NCBI GenBank assembly: GCA_964016885.1
Contig: CAXHJY010000552.1
Coordinates: 1 to 64,000, forward strand
Source of the DNA: Eledone cirrhosa
Lineage: Eukaryota
DNA: 64,000 bases
Direction of reading: 5' to 3'
This document shows positions 56,053 to 64,000 of the stretch, piece by piece (the first letter of the stretch is position 1; the number at the start of each line of letters is the position of its first letter). The position numbers were made by a program, and so were the translations under genes. The notes beneath the pieces are model-generated. The model saw only the letters and a list, made by a program, of their open reading frames with translations. It was not told where the DNA came from and made no database searches.

Positions 56053-56849
56053 CACATATATATATACAGATAGATAGAGAGATATTGATTGATTGGTTTG
56101 TTTCTGTTTACAAAACAAGAAAAAGTACTCAATACATAAAGTAGGGTTTGTATATTTCATTAGAATCTGGTGCTTCTTGAGTCATTACTATGTTTACTTG
56201 CCCTATTATTCCAATGACCCATTTGGATAATTGGCCACATGAAATTCTGAGCAATGATTCAAGAAACTTCTAGTGTGTGTGTGTGTGTGTGTGTAAGTTG
56301 GTGCATGTGCCCCCTTTGTCAAAAACATAACTTAGTGATTCGATAAATAGGAATCAATGAAATATGTTCCAGACTTAAATAAATACTAAGGTCAATATCA
56401 TCAACCATTGATGGTCATACTTCAGTTACTGAAACCAGTAAAAAAAATATCTTCTATTGAGAACTGTTTCTTTATATCTGTCATATCTCTTGCAGTTTTA
56501 CATGGTTTTCACTTAATCAATATACTGTGATGTAAATGTCATTCTAAAAGTAGTAAAGGAAATCAGACAACTATAATTTCAATTGCAATCCAGTTCAATT
56601 ATTTTTTTTCCCATGCTTACAATTTTTCTCTGAGAACAAACCATTATATGTATTTGTGTGTGTTTGACCTGGTAATTGAATTATTCTCAATACAAGCGCA
56701 TAAAACACCTCGTGAACATATTTATTCACTGCATTTTCTTATGTTGACTCATTTATAAAAATTCTATTTCTTTTCTCATGGCTATTATTACCATTTTCTA
56801 TAGTTTGTAATGTTTATAAGTAAACGTAATTCTACCACATGAACACAAC

Positions 56850-57125
56850 TATGACTGTATGGTTGAAAAGTTTGCTTCACAATCATGAGGTTCTAGGTTT
56901 TATCCCACTGTGTGGCATCTTGGCAAGTGACTTGGGTCACTGCAAGCCTTGTCAGTGAAATAGAATAGACAGAAACTATAGAATCCCATTGGATGTACTA
57001 TACCTATAATTCAAAGGTCTAGCTTTGTTACATTGTGTAACGTTGATTCTGTTTGAGGATTACGTTGATGGTATATATGGTGTATGTTGGACATTCAGTT
57101 GAATGAACAACTGAATGCTTATCAA
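56850..57125 (+). mobile_element. Degenerate tRNA-derived SINE
   Basis: Head TGGTTGAAAAGTTTGCTTCACAATCATGAGG..ATCCCACTGTG. The body GACAGAAACT..GAACAACTGAAT is shared with about 15085-15610. Confidence 0.6.
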
Positions 57126-57514
57126 TTAAATTTCAGAAAGGAATCTATATTAAACAAAATATCATTTTTTTTACCACCTCTTAACTTTGAAATAAAAGCT
57201 ATTGACCAAGTAATAACTTAATAAATGATGACATAATTTTTATATAAGTGTGTGTGCGCACGCGCACGCACACGCACAGACAGACAGACAAATTTCTGTT
57301 TATTTGCCACTAGGGCACAAAAGAAAGGGACATGTACATGGGTGGGGGGAGTTTACATAAAAATCAAGTAAGAAAAATATAACAAACAAAATAATAACAA
57401 GAAGGTCCTCAATAGGGAGGGATCGTTTTGGGGTCACACACACCCCCGAAAAAAAGTGTGCGACCCTTCTCCACGGGAGCACAAAGAGAGGGTGCTCCCT
57501 TCTTTCTGTTCCAC

Positions 57515-60500
57515 CTACAGGCTGAGGTAGAGAGAAGGCCCATTCACACGGGCCATTCTCGCAACTTTCACCCACCTTTCATAAAACTGGCTGGAGTGGA
57601 GCACCTCTCTCTCCATCCTGATCCTTCTTCCGAAATGGTATCGGAAGAAAAGGACCAGTTGTTGGCCGGAGAGAAAGGTGTCCGACCTCAGCCCTTTTAG
57701 ACGCGTCCACCATATAGCCTCTTTTACCATGGCTATTACACAGAGGAAGACCGCCTCTCCTTCATTTTTGAAGGGGGAGGCGGCTTGATCGTTACAATGG
57801 ACTCGGTGGTCAACCTAATTGGTCCCACCCGTGACAGTAGTTGTTCGACATAGCCCCACAGATCAGCAACGCCCAGGCAGTGCACCAATGCGTGCGCGAC
57901 GGTTTCCTCGTCGCGCATGCATCTCGGACAGATCTTTTTCGAGGGGTCCCTACCCGGGCGCCCGTGTCTGTAGAGCTTATCCCGAACGGGCAGAGCCCCT
58001 CGGTAGCACTGCCAGGCCAAGGACTTCTGGAAGTTGTCCATAGGTCCCGGGCCGAAAGTCCTACCGAATAGACTGGCCAGTTCGTCCTCCTCCATGCCTA
58101 GGGCTTCTCCGAGGGCGTCGTCGCACCCGCTAACCACCAGCCCTCTATAGAATGACGAGGTGGAGTCTCCGTCGATAGCCGGGTCCGCCTGCCAGAGAGC
58201 CGTGAGCACCTGGGCACACTCGGTGTGCCAGTCGCCCAGTTTTCTCGGTCTTTGCTTCACCCAGGACTGCAGCTCGGTGAGCGAGACGAGCCTCGGGAAG
58301 GCTCGCCTCACAAACGGGGCCCACACCGGTTGACCGGTGAGGAATACGTGGAGGTGCCTTAGCCTCAATGCGTGTTTACGCATTTTTAGCCACGGCATCC
58401 CCAGCCCTCCTTTCAAAGGGTGTTGACAGCAGATGGATCTCCTCACCAGAGGAGACCTCTTCTTCCAAAGGAAATAAAAGAGGGCGCGCTCCATTTTGGC
58501 GAGGATCTCACCCAGGCAAGGCACGACAGTCAAGCGGTAATAGATGACGGACGCTATGTAAGCGTTCGCCACCTCCGCCCGACCTTTCAGGGATAGTTTG
58601 CACTCGGCCCACTTCTGGGTCAGTGCAAACACCCTATTCGTCACCTCACCCCAGTTTTTCTCCACCTGGAGGTCCGGTCCGAACCAGACCCCAAGCAACT
58701 TCACCGGGCCCTCCGTCCACCGTCCGACGATGCCGTCGCACGACATCGCTTTGCCTCTCCACTCGCCGAGTTGCAAAGCGACTGACTTGTCCCGGTTCAG
58801 CTTAGCCCCTGTCAACCTTTCGTACTCCTCCAGTAAGGTGCCGATTGCCTCGATTTCCGAGGCGGTCGACACCATTACTGTTACGTCATTGGCGTAGGCC
58901 GACACCGCTTTGCGCAATCCCGGTTCCAAAGGGATGCCCTGCAACAACTCCAACTTCCGCAGTAGTGGCTCGAGAGTCAATACATACAGAAGGGAGGAGA
59001 GAGGGCACCCCTGTCGGATGGAGCGGGTGATTTCGAACGGCTCCGAAAGGTAGCCGTTCACCTTGACTCTAGAGCAGATGCGGCTGCTGTGCATGGCAGT
59101 GATCCAGCCCCTGAAAACGGGTCCGAACCCAGCCGCCGCTAGCACCACATCCAGGTAACCATGGTCCACCCTATCGAACGCTTTAGACTGATCTAAATTT
59201 ATCAGGGCCCCACCAAAGCCGGGTTCATTCCCAACCCTCTCTATGATGTATCGCATGAGGTGGAGGTTGTCGTGGATGGACCTGGATGGGATAGCGCATG
59301 TCTGCGCATCTCCCACCAGGCCCCCCACGACAAGCGCCAACCTCTTCGCCAAAATCTTTAACTCTGCATTTAGCAGAGTTATGGACCTAAAATTACTAAT
59401 GTCATCCCCCTTGTTCTCGTCCTTCCTCACTAGCGAGACTACGCCCTTGGTCAGAGAACAGGGAATTCTCCTGTTCTGTTGCCAGTTGCAGTAGACCGCC
59501 TCGAGGAGATCGGGGAACAAGTCCGGCATATTAATATATAGTTCGTAGGGCAGACCATCGAGTCCTGGAGATTTGCGTTTGCCGCATAGGCTCAGCACGT
59601 CCCCTATTTCAGCAGCTGAGATCGGCCCGTCGCAGGACCTCGCCTCCCTGTCCGAAAGACGCGGCAGGCTGTCGAGGTATGGACCGAAATCCACATCTCC
59701 AACCGGCTCCCCGCCCCTCCCGAACAATTGGGCAAAGTGCCTTTGAAAGGCCTCGCACATTTGCTTAGGTTCAAGGATCACCCGTCCATCCTGGTCTCGC
59801 AAAGACCGGATAGTGGATTTAATCCCACTTTTCGCTTCTGTCACGCGGGCCCAGCTAACAGCTTTGGTCCCCTCGTTTCCCAGAGCACGTATTTTGCTTC
59901 GGACAACGCAGCCTTCGTGTTTCGCGTCGAAGAACTGGTTCAAGACCGTTCTCGATGCTTGCACTCTGGCCACGTTGCCGCTTCTCATTGCCTCTTCAAC
60001 ATTAACTACCAACTCCCTTTCCTTCCTATTTCTATCTGAGGCTAACTCCTTACTAACTCCTATTGAAACTACTCTAATCTCTCTTTTTAGAGAGCCCCAC
60101 CACCTGTTGTTGACGATGGCGCCCGTCAACTGCTCCTTAACTAAGGTTCTAATCCGGTCCCTGTAAGCTCTACTTGCCGGTAAGGACAAGTTGAGCTTCC
60201 AGTAACCGGGCCCCTGCCTATGCGTTCTATCAAGGTGGACTACGCAGGTCACTAATTTGTGGTCTGAATAGCCCACCATGAGCATTTCTGGACAACTTAA
60301 AAAGTCCCTATCCTTAATTCTAACTAAGAACCTATCTAGGTACGATCTAGATTGACCACTGTTATTTGACCAGGTCCAGGTTGGTACAGTCGGAAAATCT
60401 AGTCGGTATCTATCGGCCAGGTCGAATCGGCCGATTAACCCCTTAAGGCTGTTACACCCCCTTCTATCGGGACATGCCCCTACATAGTCCCAACGTGCAT

Positions 60501-60939
60501 CTAGGATACCATTCCAGTCCCCCACTAAAAGCAAGGAGCGGGACGTCCCTAGAAAAGTCTCCAGACGATGGAAGAAGTCCGACCGCATTGCCCCAAAAGG
60601 GGCGTATACGGCGACAAGCCTAAAAGCTTCGCCTTCACCATTGCCAAGGTCCAAAACCACGAGTCGACCCTCCGGGTCCAAGTGTACCGTCTGTGTAGCG
60701 AGACCCAGATGTTTTTGCAGCAGAACGACAACCCCACCCCCACCTCCAGGCTGACAGAGAGATGCGTGCATCTCAAAGTCATCAAAGGTGGGGGTTAGCT
60801 GTCGCATGCTGCTTATCCGGGCCTCGCAAATAACCATCACATTTACACATTGTGACCTGAGGTCACTTAGAAGTTTAGCTTGCTTCCAAAGTGAGCCCAG
60901 GCCACGCGCATTTAGACAACCTACTCTTAAGACAGCCAT
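57515..60939 (-). pseudogene. LINE ORF2 (APE endonuclease, RT, C-terminal CCHC), inactivated
   Basis: APE motifs LNARGL, VYAP, GDWN, LDRFL, SDH. RT motifs [29 protein letters not shown], and YAND in place of YADD. Zinc motif CPRC..ETVAHALVHC. A frameshift near 57775 splits off the C-terminus (..MVKEAIWWTRLKG.. to 57515). Confidence 0.9.
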
Positions 60940-60962
60940 GTTGGTGGCAAAGAGAGAGGCAC

Positions 60963-62711
60963 TTACCTCTCTGCGTCCCGGGGTTCGGGTCGCTCAGTTT
61001 CCATGGGGCTGGTGGAGGGGTTGATGGGTGGGGTGGTGGTTTGTGGTGGTGTGGGGGTATTAGTGTGTGGAGGGGTTGGGATCTTTGGAGTTGTGTGGGT
61101 GTTTGAGGAGGGGAGGGGAAAACCTTTCAGGAGGACGCGGTTGAGTGGCCTGGTGCAGGGTGGGCCCGCGTCCTCAGGGTAAATGTCTTTCAAAGTTTTG
61201 AAAATCTCAAGTGGGATTTTCGCCATTTTCAGGTTAGGGAGCCCCATTGCCGTTACGAAATTCGGCCCTTCGGTTTGTATTGAAGGGTTGGTTTTTATTT
61301 TTAAAGTTAGGTTTTCATTGTTTTTGTTTATGTATGTGTAGAGTTTTTGTGTTGTTGTGTTTGTTTTTGCTTGTTGTTGTTGAGTGAGTTTGCGTTTTAT
61401 TGTCTGTGTTGTGTTGTCAGGTGGGGTTATTTTTGTTTGTGTGGTGTGTGTACGTTTTTTTCTTTTCACTTTTTGGAAGGGAGCCCCCTCGTCTTCCGAC
61501 GATATGAGCTCCTCTTCCGTATTGGAGGGGAGGGGTATATCTCCGGGTTGTGTATGAACTGTTTTTGTATTTGTGTTCTGTGGGGTGGGGCTGGGTGGGA
61601 CCGTGTTTTGGGTTGTTTTCTTGAGCTGTTGTTGTTGTGGTGGTGGTGGTGGTGTTGGTTTTTGTTGTCGTTCTGGTGGTGATGGTAGTGTATTTTGTTG
61701 TTTTTGTGATGGTGGTGCTGGTTGTTTTTGTTGTTGTTGTGGTGTTTGTAGCAGTGGTTTTTTTGTTGTTAGTAGAGGGCAGGCCGTCCTCATGTGACCT
61801 CTGCCAGCGCAGTGGTAACATGAGGGTCTCCTGCCTTCCACTGTGATATTTATGAAGGTTCGCCCATCCAGTAGCACTCGGTCGGGTATTCCGGAGATTC
61901 TCTCAGGTGTCATCTGTAAGAGAACCTCCAGACTTTTCCCCCCGAACAGTCCACTGGTGGACTCCCCTGCTGAAATGAGTATGTCCTTATCTAGGTCGGT
62001 AAATCCTGTTAGGACGGACCAGATGTTAATTTCTGGCGTAGGGCTCCACATTCTTATCCTTTGTGTTCTTCTTCCTTTATATGTAGGGAAGAAGGTGTAT
62101 TGTGGTGACACTATAGGTGCCACCGAATATTTCTGAGCCAGCATTTCGTCCTTCATTCGGACCATAATGCTGGCATACAGCTTTCCTCTTTGAATAAAGA
62201 GTATGTCGTCTTTAATTTCTTTCAGAACCAGCTCAATTTGACTTTCGGTCAATTGCGCTGGCTTTCTCGTTTCGTTGGTTATGGTTCTGTAGGTTATGGT
62301 ATTCTTGTAAATCTGTTGACGCACTTCTTCTGGGGAGTTGATCGTAAAAGAACCATCCTCCCCAAAAGATACGTATTTTCTAGCCTCTAGCAAATTTTCC
62401 TTAGCGTTCGTGATGTCAATGGGTTTGTATTCCGTGGCTTTCCTGAGTGTTTGGGCAAAAGAAATTTTGTTGTCTGTGTTTGTTGTTGTAATGTTGTTGG
62501 TTTCCTTATTTGTGGTGTTATTTTTTTCCTGAAAATTAATTTTTCCATTTGAATTAAAATTCTTTTTTTTTTCATTGGAGAGGAGGGGCTGTTCAACAGT
62601 TTGAACTGTTGTTCCCTCTTTCCCGCTTGTTTTTTTGGTTGGCGTGGCGTTCGCTTCCAATATGGCGATATCGTTTTCGACGATAACGTTATCAACGATA
62701 TCGATAAACAT
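60963..62711 (-). CDS. LINE ORF1 nucleic-acid-binding protein with a CCHC zinc knuckle (582 aa)
   Basis: Open frame directly upstream of ORF2, with VEGRRPSCYHCAGRGHMRTAC (C-x2-C-x4-H-x4-C), a P/Q/T-rich region and basic FQKVKRKKR. Confidence 0.9.
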   Translation of the reverse strand: MFIDIVDNVIVENDIAILEANATPTKKTSGKEGTTVQTVEQPLLSNEKKKNFNSNGKINFQEKNNTTNKETNNITTTNTDNKISFAQTLRKATEYKPIDITNAKENLLEARKYVSFGEDGSFTINSPEEVRQQIYKNTITYRTITNETRKPAQLTESQIELVLKEIKDDILFIQRGKLYASIMVRMKDEMLAQKYSVAPIVSPQYTFFPTYKGRRTQRIRMWSPTPEINIWSVLTGFTDLDKDILISAGESTSGLFGGKSLEVLLQMTPERISGIPDRVLLDGRTFINITVEGRRPSCYHCAGRGHMRTACPLLTTKKPLLQTPQQQQKQPAPPSQKQQNTLPSPPERQQKPTPPPPPQQQQLKKTTQNTVPPSPTPQNTNTKTVHTQPGDIPLPSNTEEELISSEDEGAPFQKVKRKKRTHTTQTKITPPDNTTQTIKRKLTQQQQAKTNTTTQKLYTYINKNNENLTLKIKTNPSIQTEGPNFVTAMGLPNLKMAKIPLEIFKTLKDIYPEDAGPPCTRPLNRVLLKGFPLPSSNTHTTPKIPTPPHTNTPTPPQTTTPPINPSTSPMETERPEPRDAER

Positions 62712-63077
62712 TTCTGAAATATTTATTTTTTCACCCCAAAAGGGATGAAAATATATTTACCCTACGTCTAGAGTCCCAGACTAGGGGTTAGAGTTAATGA
62801 TACAAAAGAATTCAAAAAAATTCACTCACAAATATAGCAGGTAAAATTCCAAATCACAGAGCGATATGAAACACGTCTACTATCCTCAGACAGACAGACA
62901 GACAGTAGGCTGACCATGCCTTGCTCATACAGGAACTGATTTTGGCTTGATTTCTACACCTGGATGCCCTTCCTAACACCAACCTCATTTACAGTGACTG
63001 CTTTTTTGCCGTGGCACCTCCACGACCACTTTGCAGTGGAATGATAGGGACTGGGGTCCCTATCATCTCATTTCTAC

Positions 63078-63180
63078 AGTGTCTTGCTCAAGGAAACAAC
63101 ACATCACCCGGTCTGAGAATTGAACTCACAACCTTTCGATTGCAAGGCCAATGCTCTAACTACTAAGCCATGTGCCTCCA
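63078..63180 (-). mobile_element. tRNA-derived SINE head
   Basis: The - strand reads GGAGGCACATGGCTTAGTAGTTAGAG..GAGTTCAATTCTCAG..CCTTGAGCAAGACAC. Confidence 0.8.
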
Positions 63181-63209
63181 TTATGTGTGTGTGTGTGTGT
63201 GTGTGTGAA

Positions 63210-64000
63210 AGGTAAACAGAAATAACACAATCGGTACAGTATATAGAAAGGATATATTAGGTTAACGCTTGATATGGTAGGAAGAGGGTCTTAACCTTTT
63301 GGACGCTAGTCCTTCATCAGAAGAAAGAATGAAAAATAAGATAGTTTGACGGACGGGCGGGATGGAATTGGAAAAAATGTCTTTAGATAAAAATAACAGG
63401 TCCATTCATGTTGACATCTCTTGCAAAACTGTTGATGCTGGTGTTTTGTGTATGATTTATTTTTTAGAAAAGTGGATGATGGAACGCGTCTACCTGAAAT
63501 GGAAAAAAAAAACGTTTTGTAAAAAGAGCTATACTTGAGTACATGTGTAAGCATGTCTGTGTTGTTATACATCCATACGAAGCTAAGAAGAAATGTGTGT
63601 GTGTGTGTGCATGTAAGTACGAAGCTATGAGCAAAAGTATGTTAATATAAGGGTGTGTATGTGTGTATACAGAGCAGTGAAGGGAATAGTGGAGTGAGCA
63701 TATAGTCGGCATGTACTAATTGTAAGAGATGTTAATGATCAAGAGAAAGTGATAGGAATCTAGGGGTGTGATAATGGACGGGGTATTAGAGAAATTGGGG
63801 AGGTGAGTTGAGTTCAAGAGGGGAATAGGACCCAAGGCAGTGAATCGGACTTTGTTCAGTACTGGTGTGCGAGGCCTGTGATCCATGATGTAAAAGGACA
63901 CCCAGGACTGAAACATGTAGGGAAGAATGACCAGGAGAACAGAAATGATGGGCAACAGGAGTATCCAAACCGTGTCATATGTCCCTCAAATGTTCAGCAA
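63210..64000 (-). mobile_element. Penelope-like element 3' fragment (GIY-YIG endonuclease tail and pseudo-LTR), running off the right edge
   Basis: The - strand peptide AEHLRDI*HGLDTPVAHHFCSPGHS..VSVLGVL..EQ..IHCLGSYSPLELN resembles Penelope GIY-YIG C-termini. A hammerhead-like motif lies downstream at about 63290-63322. Confidence 0.72.

Larger units (their letters stand above)
57291..62886 (-). mobile_element. Full-length (~5.6 kb) L1/Tx1-type non-LTR retrotransposon inserted in (CAGA)n
   Basis: 5' UTR, ORF1, 23-bp spacer, ORF2 and 3' UTR with AATAAA (57299-57304, - strand). CAGACAGACAGACA lies on both sides (57277-57290 and 62887-62900). Confidence 0.93.

Noticed and set aside
57819-62532. 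Many short + strand ORFs
   Set aside because: They are antisense shadows of the GC-rich LINE ORFs.

Overview
Repeat-rich, AT-rich animal genomic DNA. The SINE and LINE repertoire and the huge microsatellites suggest a coleoid cephalopod such as Octopus (inference). The only host gene I can support is three + strand coding exons of an ESRP1/2 / fusilli-type RRM splicing regulator (12987-13097, 14299-14474, 16876-16970). The next exon was not found, so the rest of the window appears to be one intron of more than 47 kb. That intron holds a ~32 kb array of ~1,180 copies of a 27-bp unit, with a three-tier higher-order structure (27 bp, then ~1.2-1.6 kb, then 5,562 bp). Each unit carries the ESRP-type UGGUG motif on the sense strand. 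On the antisense strand the array reads as a mucin-like (TTITTKDVS)n frame with a signal-peptide-like start. The intron also holds a full-length L1/Tx1-type LINE, apparently recently inactivated, inserted in a (CAGA)n microsatellite. Upstream, a 5'-truncated CR1-like LINE sits inside a (TA)nTG microsatellite that extends at least 7 kb. Also present are tRNA-derived SINEs, RTE fragments, Tc1/mariner and piggyBac MITEs, and a Penelope-like GIY-YIG fragment with a degenerate hammerhead motif. Most giant ORFs in the track are repeat artefacts.
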